A stretch of 64,000 nt of DNA, from positions 33,420,001 to 33,484,000 of the forward strand of contig NC_087245.1 in assembly GCF_037042905.1 (NCBI RefSeq), read 5' to 3'. Under the pieces are notes generated by a model. That model was not told the DNA's origin. It did not search any database and saw nothing but the letters and a program-made list of their open reading frames with translations. The first letter of the stretch is position 1, and every line of letters begins with the position of its first letter. This DNA comes from Lytechinus pictus. Lineage: Eukaryota. Shown piece after piece: positions 24,601 to 39,600 of the stretch. A program made the position numbers and the translations under genes.

Positions 24601-27600
24601 GATCCATTTAAGCAAATGACGATATAACTGTCGAAAAATATTTCCGCTTGAGTGAGCACCACTTACTTTTGAAAAGTTAGTGAAAAATGATTTGCGCAGA
24701 ACTTTGAAATAGTTATGCGAATAAAAGTAGACCTTAATCATGAAGAACACATGGAATTTAGCTAGTAAAATTGATTTGAAGATATCTTTTACCCTTTTTA
24801 ACTTGTTTCCTTGCCCAAAACACTTCGAAGAGTACATTGCGCCCCACCCCACTCCCCCCACACACCAATACCATTGTGACGATATTTGCTTTACACTGAG
24901 CTGTGATTTACATGAAATGGCTTAGGCTTGATTTTCATTTTGTTAATCATTGTCAAGCTTGGAATAAGTGTGGAGAAACAAGTATTGAATGAAAAGTGAA
25001 ATGTAAACCCACTTTACATGATAAAACCTTAGTGAAAAATGCTGGAGATGTCTGATATAAACTTTTGTTCAGATTCAGTTATGTCTTCAGATCCAGCTTG
25101 CACAAAAATGGTAAAGGTTGTGCTTACTAAGTGTTGAAATTTCAATTTGGGTGGCAAAATTGTTACAAAATGTTTGAATGGATCCGTTTTATTCAATTGA
25201 CACAAAAGTGCAAGGGAAATGTATGAGAAATGTTTCGCAAGGAAAGTTTGATTTCGCCCTTTCCCCTTGACACAGCGTGAAAACGAGCATTTCTGCGCAA
25301 ACTGATTTCTGCGAGCTTTACAAAAATGGACAGTGCTCACTCAAGTGTAACATTCTGTCAAAACTTTTACTTTCATTGGATAGATGAGACCCAAACCCAA
25401 GATTATATGTGAAAAAATTACCCACATGTTGTATATTTTTTAATTCCCAGGGTTTTTCAAAGTGTAAACTTTTTTTTGATACGCACTGTATAATGCTTAT
25501 TTTAGGGGAAAAACAGTGACATGTAATTTATTTTATATTATCAGTGCCTTTTTATGAGGATAGTTTGTACCAACCAAATTGCCTTCTTTTTACAGTAATT
25601 TTAGGTTGCAGAGGATATGTAGTGTACATTTTCATTTGATTATACGTTATGAATGGTTTACAGCTCTGATAAGGTCAGAATTCAAAGTGAAAAACAGAAT
25701 AATTCAGCCGGTAATTATAAAAGCCTCTCAGTCATTCATAGAGATGTTGCATTAAGTGTCACAAAGTATATCTTCAGGCAGGCATGATCATGCACATCAA
25801 GCCACTGCGAAACTCGAAATTAATACTCCATCCCTATATTAACTTTTTTTTAAAGATCTTGTTGGTTCCCATAAAAGCCTGTATTTTTATGAAATGTATG
25901 AAAATAGTTTAACCTTATATTTACCTTTTGTTTCCTTTTTTTTAATATTTCAGGGTCTTTTCAATGCTAATTTCCTCTTCTTCTTCCTTCATATGAGTCA
26001 TATCGTTGGCCTGGAGATCTTGTCTTACATCGTCATGAGGACATTTGGAGTAACGTGGTGGACGTTCATCGCATGTGTAATGATGCACGGTACACTTCAG
26101 GTATGGTGAACTACATGTACATGTACATACATTATTTAATGTGTGAAGATGATACTCGAATCTAGGACTGTTGCATGAAAGTTTATATTATTACAAAATG
26201 GTCACTTTGCCAACTCATTAGTATTTAACTTCTTGGAAATCCTTGATTTTGATTGGCTAGCGTGTATGGTTACCAATACCATATTGGATATTGAAGTTCT
26301 TATGAAACAGTGTAGTGGCCAATTCTTCTTACACAACATGTATACTCATTATAAAAATATTTAATCAAATAAAAGACAGTAATACCCCAACTATTAAACA
26401 TAAAGTTCTAAGAACAAGGAAAGTGGGGATGTGACATCAGCTCACCTAATGAAATATTCATGACGACAACTGTTTTCACAATATATTACTAAATTTTAAA
26501 TTTTAATAACTTTACTATTATCAGATTTTGATGAAATTTTCAGCATTTTACTGTGCTAAATTTACTCTATTAGATTTAAGTATTTTCAGCCAGGAGTACC
26601 CCCTTTAAGTTTCATCTTCCATTCCATAAATCAACTGTGATAAAAAATCATCAGACAGTCACATAAAGGCCTAATAATTATTTACATAAAGTATTGCAAT
26701 CATCAATAGCCCCTACAGTACCAATGCTCATCCCCTTTACTGTTTGAAATCAGAATCACTACAGGTATTGAGCGAGACAAAGTTGACCTTACATATAGTT
26801 CATGGTTGAAATCACAATCGATTGATGATTGAAAATAAACAGTGAACCATGAAAATTGAAGTTGAAATTAAAAATGTATAAATATTGCAAAAATTATGAA
26901 CTTTGGATGATCACTGTTTACAATGCAACATTCTAAAAAAAAACCCCAAACATTGTAAAGGAGTATTGATTGTCATTTTGCTTCAAGATGTGAAATTTTG
27001 AAGAAATTAAATTGTGAATATACAAGAAATTTGTATAAGTACAGTATGTATGATAGGTATATAAGGGATGATCAAATTGCTGCTGTTTAAAACCTTTGTC
27101 TAAAAACTTTGCTAAATTATTGAGGGTAAATGCTGTGAAGTACTTATAAGCATGATCCACATGTAAAATTCTAATCTTTAAAAAGTGTAGTGGCAGTTCA
27201 ATGTTTTTGAGGCCAAATTTAAATAAAATTGTTGATGTTTATGGCCCTCTCTCAATTATATTTTGCCTCCGACGAAGATTCTGCTAGGATCGAAAGCTTA
27301 GGCCCCTTTTTGACTTTCTGATTATATTTTTGCTTCACTTTAAAATGAACTTAGCTTAAAAATTTAATGATTGGATGTCAGAAAACTGCATACACATGTA
27401 CAGTGTAAAAACTTTCAGCCTATTCCATACATGTAATAACATGAAAAGTAAATTTATATTTAAAAAATAAATGTTCCTGTAAAATCACATTATTTTATTG
27501 CATGTCACCCTAAACATTAGTTAAAGGACGTACATATTTGTGTATTGCACATGTAGTAATGGACTGGAACAGTGATAATGCTTTTTGAAAATTTACAAGA

Positions 27601-30600
27601 GGCTTAAAATCATGTAATTTGGTAAAAATAGTATCATTGACAACAATTAATCGTAATATCCAGTAGCTGTTTGGTGATGGTGACACTGACAAAATCTGTC
27701 GTCTTCCCATTCGGGGGGGGGGGGGACTCGAATTATATTGATACCTACATGTTTGTGCTGCAGCATGCTGCAGCAAAAACTACGAATACAGGGGGCTCTG
27801 GAACTAAACTTTGGTCAGAAAATGTGATCTCCGGAACTGCTTTTGGATAACAATTGCTAAAAATGCAATGCTCTGGAACGGCACAAATTAGGTGTTTCGG
27901 AGCTTTATATAAGTATGCATGAAATTGATCATGACGTTTCTGCACGATAAACCAATTACCGGTCTTGGAATCGCTGTGCAAAGCTTTTGCTGTCTGCTGA
28001 ACGCAGTCAATGTCGATTTGCCACTTTGCTGCGCTGAGTATGAGCATGTAGTAGGTCCATGGTAAGGGCGGGCACTGGAATGAGAAACCACAAATTTTGG
28101 GGTCTCCGGAAAAGGAAAAAAATAGGAATTTCTATGGTTTTCTATAAATTGGTGATGTTCTGGAACAGAATTTTAGGCTGAAAATCGACCGTGGTACATA
28201 CATACATACAGTATCATACATTTATACTAAGAAACCCTAACCCCCCCTCCCTGGATGTACATTTACATGAAGACAATGGTGAAAAGCAACTTTTCTGTTT
28301 CAAATACAGGCGCAGGTAGGATGGTTTCAACATGATCTTGGTCACCTGTCATGCTTCAAGTCATCAAAGTGGAACCATGCCTTGCACTTTATCTTCATGT
28401 CTACAGTCAAGGTAAGTGGTAGTTCTACATGAGGGCAACAAGTAGTTTCGCTGTCATGACAGCCCGAACCCCCCTAAAATTCCCCAACTTGAATGCATTT
28501 GTGCGATCATTTTTGTTTCGTCTGCATAGCAGAGCAAGACTATACAGTAGGTGCCACTTTTCCTACAACAGCATAGTCAACATTGAAATCTTAACCTTGG
28601 TTAAGTTTTTGAAATGTCATAACTTAGAAAGTATATGGACCTAGTTCATGAAACTTGGACATAAGAGCAACCAAGTATTCCTGAATATCATGCGTGAGTT
28701 TCAGGTCACATGACCAAGGTCAAAGGTCACTTAGGTCAATGAACTTTGGCCATATTGGGGGTATTTGAGGAATTATCATAACTTTGAAATTTTATGGATC
28801 TAGTTCATGAAACTTGGACATATGAGCAATCAAGTATCCTTGAACATCCTGTGCTAGATTCAGGTCACATGATCAAGGTCAAAGGTCATTTAGGGTCATC
28901 AAACTTTGGTAATGTTAGGGGTATTTGTGGAATTGTCATAAGTTTAAAAGTCTATGGATTTAGTTCATGAAACTTAAATGTAAGAGCAGCAATGTATCCC
29001 TGAATACCCTGTGTGTGTTTCAGGAACATGGCCAAGATCAAAGGTCATTTAAAGGTCAATGAACTCTGGCCGAGTTGGGAGTATGTGTTGAATTGGCATT
29101 ATAACTTAGGAAGATTATGGTACTTGCTCATGAAACATCGACATAAGGGTAATCAAGTATGAATGATTGTTTTGCACATGTCTTAGGTCACATGATCATG
29201 GTCAAAGGTCATTTTGGGTCAATGGACATAATATTTTATTATATCATATTAGTGTTTTCTTCTGTGAATAATTATTCATTCTTCGGCACGCAAGCGATAA
29301 TCTCAGAAATAGAGACTGTAATGGTGTACCAGTATTAAACGTAATAGTAACTCTGGTATTGAAAAAAATCAAATACCGAAAATAGGCGAAAAAGCTATAG
29401 AAAATTATAATACTAGTCATTTACATGTATATAGTGCTATTTTATAAATATATTAGAGGCGCTCAAGAAAATAGAAAGAATACTTGCGGATGGTCTGTTT
29501 AGAAATGGAAAGGGGCTGTTTAAACTTTTTTCCTATAATGAAGTGAAGTATTGATACATAGTATGAATTCTAATACATTGTTCTATCCATCCCAACAGGG
29601 TGCATCAGCTAAATGGTGGAATCACATGCACTATCAGCATCATGCAAAGCCTAATGTGGTATGTACAGAGTTATCAAACTATTTCTGTTTTACTCCACTT
29701 GATAATGATCTCAAGATTGCAAAATATGTTGAATTCCATGGACACAATACCCATGAATACTTGTGCAAGCACAGGATTTTGTACACACGTACATGAGCAC
29801 TTTGTAAGGAAATTACATCAAAGAGGTTTTACAAACCTTTTTTAAAATACTTATTTTGGGGGAATTGGATGTTTGTAGAGGTTACAAACTGATAGGTAAA
29901 CAAAAACATCACTTTAATAGAGTGTCAGTTGCCAACTCAATACCAAGTAAATAATGATTTGATTCTGCAATAGAGTACCAAAGTGTGACATCATCAATTT
30001 TCCCTTTTTGCGTTGCCAGCGTATTAGATACCATATTTTGGTAGAGCATGATGACATTTTTGTGACGTCATCATTTTGGTACTCTATGGAAAATGTTTAA
30101 AAAGTGCAATTACATGTAAATGAGCCAGAATCCAATGACTAGAGGTAACAATTTAATTGCAAAGTGATTAGAAACATTGTTCTAATGTGATAGTAGTGCT
30201 AAACAAAAGTGGATTATTATTAATGAAATATTTATGAGTATGAAATCATTTTTTTTTCATGTTTATCCTGCCTGAATTCGGTTGATGGTACCTAGCAATT
30301 TATAGAAGTATGGAATACAAACATGGCCATATGCAGAATTTTTTTCCCGGGGGCATACAACTTTAAGAAATTCCAAAGTGAGGGAGCGAAGTGATCAAGC
30401 TTGTCATGGGGTGCTTTTGCATGTTCTGAAGTGAAATTGAAGGATCTTGTGCAGATTTTTGATGAATACAGTAAAAATTTTCAGTAATATATGTAAGTTT
30501 TCAAAATTGCAGGGGGTGGGGGGAGGATAACTGCCCCTCCCCTCCCATGCGTATGATCATGGATACATGTACAAGAAATGTGATGTACATGTAGCAGGAT

Positions 30601-33600
30601 GATGACTCTTAATATGAGAACGAAACTGATATCTTATTTTTCTCTGCTTCAGATGAACAAAGATCCAGATGTTCGTCTTGAAAAGCTCTTTGTTGTTGGA
30701 GAGAAGATGCCTGTGATGGTCGCAGAGAGTGGTCAGTCGTCAATGCCATACAATCATCAACACAAGTACTTCTTCCTGAGTAAGTTTATCTTTGCTATCT
30801 CATCAGTCCTGTTCCGATTCTCAGCCTATCCGGAAGAATTGCAGAGTGTTTTGCCAGTTTTACAGATTATTTGAGGTGTGATAGCTCAGTTGATATAGGA
30901 GTGTTCTTGTAATCCTGTGACCTGGGTTTAATACCAAGTTGATGCACTAGTACCCTTTGGTCCCTTGGAGAGGACATTGGGCTCTCTGTCCCCCAGTTGT
31001 TCACTTGTCCAAACTGACAAGCATCTATGCTCTCTTAAGAATCAGGTTGAAAAGCTGCATGAACCAAATTCAAACTGCCGGCAATGAGAACAGGCCTCTA
31101 TTTCATTTGATGTCATACCAAATGATTAAGAAATGATTCTTAAAGTAGCCAATTCTATATAGCATGCTTATTGACATATTGACAAGGGGGGATGGGGGGG
31201 GGGGGGTCAATGAATCATTTGTTTTCATATCCTATGAAGCTTCTTAGGATGATATTGATATTTAAACTGAAATTGATATTTTGTCATAGTGTGTTAAGTA
31301 ATTGTCATATAACAATTCATTTCTTTTTCCCATAAAGCTTGAGTGAATATGATTTATCATGTCTTGTGATTTATTTTTTAGTTGGACCCCCTTTGCTGTT
31401 TCCTGCATACTTCCAATTCATGATTTATCGTCACATGATCAAGCAGAGGGAATGGACGGTGAGTTGAAAATGTTTTTGTTCATTTAAAGGACATGTCCAC
31501 CCCAACCATTGATTTTTGATGAAAAGATAAAAATCAAACAAGCATTAGAATTAAGTCAAATTCAGATATGAGATAAAAGAGTTAATATATTTTTTAAGTT
31601 TTGCTGAATTTCATTAAACAAAATATACAAATAAGGGAATCAATGATGTCTCCGAATCAATATTTCTTTTGTATTTCATTCCATGATGAAATATTAAATA
31701 TTTTAATTTTTCCTCATTATGTTGTAAACCAAAGTTTGATTTCCCCCTGAACACTTGGAATTAATATTGTTGAACCTATTATGAGTCAATGAAGAGCTTC
31801 TGTGATGTCAATACTGCAAAAATTGAAAAATTTATTATTCAAACCGTAAGATACAAAAGAAATACCGAATGTGTGACATTATCAACTTTCTTATTTACAT
31901 ATTGTTGTGTTGTGCATCCATGTATAACTGAAAAATAAGCAATATATGCATTTTATAATGTTATAAAATTTGTTATTTGTATCAAATTTTCATGAAATTT
32001 TCTGTGTTATTCATGGTTGTTTCTCTTTTTATTCAAATTGCCTTTTTATTGGGGTGGACTGAAGCTCTTGATTATTTAGTTATCCACATAGGGCGTATGA
32101 CATAAAGATACGCTTAGATCCTTGGTACCCTTTAACAAGAAGATTTGAAGGAAGTGGTTGCTTGTTGTCAAGTAATGGCCCTTCCAGTTCTTCCTTTTCA
32201 GATCTTATCAAGATCTTACATTTCCCAAGGAAAAAAAAAAGGGAATGTGAAAGCTCGTTCAGACAAAGTGTGACAAACCTCATCATTGTATTTGTATTAT
32301 ATTTTATATATTTAATCATGATTAAAAAGTCTGCTTTCAGCTAGATGCTGCTTTTCAGCAAGGCCGTGGACAACTGATACTGATGTTACAATATCACACA
32401 TGAACTACATGTAGTACTTAACACACATTCTTGTACTTGTAATTGTCACAAAATAATGTGCAACACTGCAGGATTTGAATAGCCATACAACATGTATTTC
32501 TGTCCTGTGCTTGTGACCCCAGATTTTGATAGATTACAGTTGTGTATGACTGCATCAGTCACACCTTTGTAACTGAATCCAAACCAACTGATGAAACGCA
32601 ATTTAGTATTACTGTACAAGCTGTTATTTTCGCGTATAGAATTTTTTGGGAATCGGGGGGGGGGGGGGTCCCGACATTTTCGCGGGTTGTTAAATTTGCG
32701 ATTGGAAGATGTACGAAACACCCCACAGCATTTCAAAGAAGCAAAACTAGTGCAAATCATGTGCAAAACTATGTTCCTCAAAGTCCTCATGCTGATGTGT
32801 CTTATGTACATAAATATGTCCCTGTAAAAACAGTTACAAAATGTGGAAAAAAGTGGCTTAAATTTCACTTTTTTGTACCTTTAGATCTGAAAATTCATCA
32901 TGTCACAGTTTGATCTGTAAGAGTAATCTTTTGAAGGTGTGTTTTGTTAGATTCACTTTTTTAAAAGTTGGTTTTAGTGCAAAAATGTTGAATTTTGTGA
33001 ACAGAATCTTACACCACTAAAAGCTCTGGTCATGTGACTTATGAATATTAATGAATATGCAAATAGCTGCCAATACGTGTGTGTATATAGTGAATCAGAT
33101 GACAATAAAATCAAATTATTTCATGGAAAATACATTTTAATATTACAGTGAGTGAATAAATATTCTAATGGTAATGTTGTAAATAGTGTTTCATTTTCTT
33201 TTCATTCACATTTTTCTCCTCTAGGACCTGTTCTGCAACGTCTTATACTATGTCAGGTTTCTATACCTCTATCTACCTCTCATGAAATGGTGGCAAATTT
33301 TTCTCTTCTATGAATCCTTCAGGTTTGTTTACTAGTAGAAAATAATAATATAATAATGATGACGGCATATTTAACCAGGGTAGCCAATTCAATTCCGAAA
33401 ACTGTTCTCCCAGCGTGCCCTGCTATTATCATTTCCCCGGCATTGGCTGGGCTGCCTAGGTGCTCAGGCATTCAATAAATTTCTTCCTACCAGGTACCAA
33501 TTTACCTCACCCAAACTTAGTGCAGCACAATATGGGTAATTTTCTTTCTGAAGGAAAAAAACCATGGCTAGGAACCAAACCCACATCCCTCAGATTGGGA

Positions 33601-36600
33601 TGAGAGTCATAACCACTCAACCACGTGCCCCCCCCCAGACAGACCATTTTATATCACTAAGGGCAGTAGAGTTTAATCAGTCCAGGGTCCCATAATTCAG
33701 AGCTTTAAATAGCAATTGGTCTTGGGGCCTATTTCTATGATTGATTGCATTGATTATTATGTGTGATCAATCCCGAAAATCTACCCCACTATCAACCGTT
33801 ACTCTTTATGTTATGGGGACGAGGGGCCCATTTCATAGGAGCGTTGTGGCCCAGTGGATTAGTCTCCGGACTTTGAAACAGAGGGTCGTGGGTTCGAATC
33901 CCAGCCATGGCGTAATTTCCTTCAGCAAGAAACTTATCTACATTGTGCTGCACTCAACCCAGGTGAGGTGAATGGGTACCTGGCAGGAATTTATTCCTTG
34001 AAATGCATGAGCGCTGTAATCTTTGTAATTACGGCTGCCAAGCTACAGCTGGGGTAATATCCAAGTCCCTGGGAAGCGCATAGAGACATTATTCATAATT
34101 GTGATATGCGTTATACAAGAAGTGTTTATTATTATTATTATTATTCATAAAGAGTTACAACTGTTGTTACTTTGCCATTATGGCAACTACCATGGAAACC
34201 TTGATTCTGATTGGCTGCTGAGCCCTGTTACCATGGTAGTTGCCATAATGGCAAAGTTACAACAGTTGCAAGTCCTTTGCAAGGCCCCTGCTCTGTTTCA
34301 GGAAAACACCTTTGGATATGATTCCTGAAGAGTGTTTCATCAACATTTGTCTTCTGACACGTTTCTGACACAACAATGATTATAGTTTTTAATCTACCAT
34401 ATAATATATGAACAATGCACAAATTATTCAATCTCAATTTAAAGAAGCTAGTTTACTCTTACTGTGGTTGTCATATTTCTAATCAAAACCTATTTGATGA
34501 TAGTGATGTAGAGCTGAAAACAGGTCTCCGTTTTTGGTTTTATCCTTTTGTGACTTAAATGGTATATAGAATATTCCTATTACTTTATTTACAGAGTAAT
34601 GGAAAGTATTTGGTTTACCTGGGTATCTCAGTCTAACCACATACCCATGGAGATTGATGAAGATGCAGCACGTCCATGGCTAGAGCTACAGGTTAGTGTA
34701 AAGTGCATAGAAAACTACTCCAGTTATTATGCGCTTATTAAAGGACAAGTCCACCCCAACAAAATGTCGATTTGAATAAAAAGAGAAAAATCCAACGAGC
34801 ATAACACTGAAAATTTCATCAAAATCGGATGTAAAATAAGAAAGTTATGACATTTTAAAGTTTCGCTTAATTATGCACATCCCGGTCGGTATGCAAATGA
34901 GGGAACTGATGACATCACTCACTCACTTTTTCTTTTGTATTTTATTATATGAAATGTGATATATTCTAATTTTCTCCTCATTGTCCTGTGAAACAAAGTT
35001 TTTTTTTCTCCCTGAACATGTGGAATTACCATTGTTTAACATTATGGCCCGAAGTCACAAAGGTTGACTAAAGTTATACCGGGGTTAAATTTAGTCGGGG
35101 GTTAACTAATACCGGGGTATAAAGTTAGTCCACCGCGCTATTCACAAACGGTGGACTAACTAATCCATGGACTAACTTTAGCACCCGGTGCTAAATTTAA
35201 CCCACGGCTGAGTTATACCCAGGTGATAACTTTAGTCCATGGATTAAATCATGGACTGAAGCTAGCATACTATTATAACACTGCACTGAGCATGCTCAGT
35301 GTAATAAAGCAGTACTGAGCATGCTCAGTGCCGTATTTGAGAGTTTCGTCTGCTAGGGCCATATGAAATGTCGCCATTGCATCACATGAGTTAGGAAGCA
35401 GAACTCAACCCCAAAATCATGTATCAGCAGCATGAACTTGAATTTCTTAGCAATGAGGTGTTGACAACGAACATTGTCATTACTTATTTGTTAATAGTTA
35501 CCAACTTAGGTTCGGACTACCGTTAGCGCTGCCTGCGTGCGAGCTAGCTCGACTGCGCCTGCAGCATCGTACCGTATCGAGAAGTAAGTTCAAACTCCGT
35601 CAATGTACGGTACCGTGCGGTAGGTGCACTGCAACGTGAAGAAGTTTTAACCTTTTTTAGACAGCTGCAGCAGCCGGCTTTTTCGAGGGGGTTTTACACA
35701 TTTTTTTTCAATTTCTTATTTCTCAATTGGTTAGTGGAGGCAACGGAGTCCAGCGGAACAATGACAGAGACCAAAGTTTTTTTTTTTTTTTTTTTGCCTT
35801 TTTGGTCTAATATGAGGTCCAGATCGATCGCCATCGTATTACAGTGCAGTTAGACGTGGATCTAGGCCTATAATAGCGTGCCGTAACTGCGTTTTAGGCC
35901 TGAGGAAGTTACTTAGATCTACGGAAAAATAAATATAACGTTACACACCAATTACATCTAGATCAAGTGCACATTTGTTTGAATTAAATCTGATTGTATA
36001 ATCCTACCTACCTTATCGAAGTCTGGTGGAACTTTGCCCGGAGCTAGCTTTGATAGAAAATGGAAATATGGAATTGAATCTTTGTTTGGGTTATGTACTT
36101 GGTAAATGCAATGGTGGGGCCAGCGTCGCGTGGGGTGAAGCGACATGACCTTGATCTGATCTCGCGTCCACAAGCGTGCCTCTTTTCCTTTCCCTCAGAA
36201 TTGACTTTCCCATTCGAAGTAATATTTTCAATTCATTTATTTATTTTTGTCTTTTTATATGGTGTATCTCGATAAATTGATTTTTAAAAAAAATTAAGCG
36301 AGCAAAAAAAATTTTTAATTGACATTAAAATCCTAGTTTGTGTTAGGTTTTCACATAATATCAAAAAATATTCTATTTCACCCTCATTTCTATTATCTTT
36401 TTCTTGGTCGTGAATTTTTTTTTTTTTTTTTTTTTTTTTTTGGGGGGGGGCAAGAGCCCCAAGCCCCCCCCTCCCTATTCTATACGTCAGTTCTACCAAC
36501 ATCTCCAAAAGGAGCTGAGATACTCATTAGTAGCTCCTCCACACTCACTGGTCACTCTTGCAATCGCATTATTCCCAACCTTAACCTATATACTCCAGTT

Positions 36601-39600
36601 TGCTTTGGAGGGGGGGGGGGGTCAAGCTTTTCACCATGCTTGCAGTATTTTTTTCCTTAAAGGAAACACAATTTCCTTATCAGAAAAATAAAGACTTATC
36701 AATCCTGGATAAGTGTAAAGGGTATTCCACCCAATCATAATAATATATTTGAAATTGGGGAAATATCAGTGGGCTAAATATGGCATATCAGGTAAAATAA
36801 AAACTTGCGAGCAAGGAAAAATATTCAACATTTTAATATCAAATATCCAATTTTGTGATAGATTTGACATAATATTCAGAAAATAATGTGTTTCACCTTT
36901 CTTTCTTTTCTTGGTAATATTTTTTTTTTTGGGGGGGGGGGACTTTTTTCCATGGTCAGTGGTCCATGGTCCGCCCTCTATACTTTCAAACTGAAGGGAC
37001 TAAATTTCCTAAAATAAAATAACTTTTAAACAAAGATTTATGCTATAAATATAACACCACAGGCAATTCTCTCAGTGACACATGTAGCTACCTTTACTCC
37101 TTTCATTTCTCATTTGCTTCAATCACATGTACATTATTGTGCATCTTAACGTGCCAAATACTTTTCTCTCAATTAAGTTATATTATAAATAATTTTGCAT
37201 TATGCCTTACAACAAGTTTCTTGAAGTATATCCTCCTGCACAAGCAGACAATCACTCGACTTTCTTCATACACAACCTTAACCAACATACCATTACCACC
37301 ACCCCTGTCTTACACATAACCTTAATCTCTCCTTAGCACAATTTTTATCTGAAAGTAAATAAAATAAGACTTTCTTATATAAATTTATTTTTTGCCTCCT
37401 GCAAGAACGATGAACCATGCAGCATATGGACAGAATTGATAAAAGAATTTCATTTTTGTTTTCTCCTGACACAATTACTTGAAAACGATATAAAAGGACA
37501 AGTCCACCCCCACAAAGTTGATTTGAATAAAAAGAGAAAAACACAACGAGCGTAACACTGAAAATTTCATCAAAATCTGATGTAAAGATATTAAGTTATG
37601 ACATTTTTAAAGTTTTGCTTGACTACAAACTTATATGTACATCCCAGTCGGCATGCAAACTATTTCTTTAAATTCTACGAGATGAAATATTCAAATTTTC
37701 TCTTCATTGTCAAGTGAAACCAAGATTAGTCCCCCCCCCCCCCCGAACATGTGGACATCATTGTCTGTCTCATTTGCATGTCACTGATCTGTGCATATAA
37801 CTGTGTTGTGAAAAATAAGCCAAACTTGAAAATTTCATAACGTTCCTATTTTACAACCGACGCGGATTTTGATGAAATTCTCAGCATTATGCTCGGTTGA
37901 TTTTTTTTTCTATTAATTCAAATCGAATTTTTTTCTGGGGAGGACTTGACCTTTAAAATCAAAACTTATATGTACATGTGTAGTAGACAGAGCAGTTTAT
38001 TTAGTGCATTACTTTTTAAGGTAGATTGAAATTCTTTACATAATGATACAAATGATATGTTTACGTTTTTAGAAACTCTGAATGAAAATAGATAAACAAC
38101 GGATTAAATAAAGTTTAATGAAGATTTTGAACTCTACAGCTAAAGCATGGATATCACAAGTAATTTGTCAAATATCTTTCTGAAAGAAATTAAAAGATGA
38201 TTCTATAAAATAGTAATATCAAACAAATGATAATAGCTTGCAATGTATTTATAGTGCTTACTACAGAAATGTATCTTAGGGCCTATGAAAATAGGTGAAA
38301 AAAAGGATATTCAGCAAAAATGATATCTTATAATTTAAATTTGATAAATTAAGAAGATGCAAATGCTAAGGAAAAATGAATATTTAATTAACAAAGAGGT
38401 TTTGAAATTGAAATCATGAGACTTAAAACATTGATTGTTGATTAAAACAAAATTGGTATAAAATAGACTTGAATCATAAGAAAGACCAAGTCCATCTCAT
38501 GCCAAACTTAATTAAGCATGAAAAAAATGTTGCTTATACCTCTCATGTCCCTGCTTATACATTAGCCCATCATATGTGTCATTTATATCCTGGAATTCAC
38601 GTCCCAAACCTTTTATCAAACAAGAAAAATGTTGTGAACTTGGGTTTTTAAAAAGCAAGATGGTCATTTGATCACTAATGATAAATCGGAATGCATGAAT
38701 ACATCCTATCAACCAAGCACTAGCGTACCTACGGGGGGGGGGGCACTCTGCCCCCCCCCCCCCCGACGAGCCACAACCCATGCAAAGGACGTATACCTGC
38801 CCCCCTGACGAGCTTGAACACCTTATTTTTTTGCTTGTCAATTTTTTTTCTGGTACGAAATCCTTTATTTGTGATTGAAGACCTTTTTTTTTTTTTACTT
38901 GTAAAATTTTTCGGCCGAACGGTTTTGCCCTCCCTGTGGAAAATCCTAGGTACGCCACTACAACCAAGCTACCATTTTTTATCACAAGTCTCCACTTTCA
39001 TGCACAGATAATCCAATGGAATGCTTATACCCGTAGCACACCGTCCTTTTCTATTGACAACAGAATGCAGGCAGGAATTCATCAAAGAGGGGAGCAACGG
39101 ATACCTGCAATAAGGATCAAAACAAAATGAATATTAGAAAATTTGCTCTTCGGTATTCTTTCTGCAAATATATCTTCATTGATCAAGCAATTAATACCTC
39201 CTTTACCTGAATAAGCAAAATGCATTTTTTTTTTCTATTTTTCATTTCTCCTGCAATAGGAAAGTTAGCAGATTATCTATATTTTTTTCTTCAGTGAAAT
39301 CTTTAAAATTGTCTTATTTCACATATTAAGAGTATAAAATTACAAGAAAATTTGACCAACAACAAGATTGAAACTTGATAAAAGACAGTATGTAGTAGGG
39401 GCCAATATATTTTTTCTTCATTATCACATACCTCTAGTAGGTGTTGAATACAGAGAATATCACATTAAAAACTGAGTGAGTATACCAACCTATACATTTA
39501 CAGAAGACCTGTTCTTCCTGCTAAGTACAGGGCTTGTTCCCCATGGCCTGGATTGGCCCCAATCGATAGCACCTATGACTCTTGGAAACCTGTAGCAATT

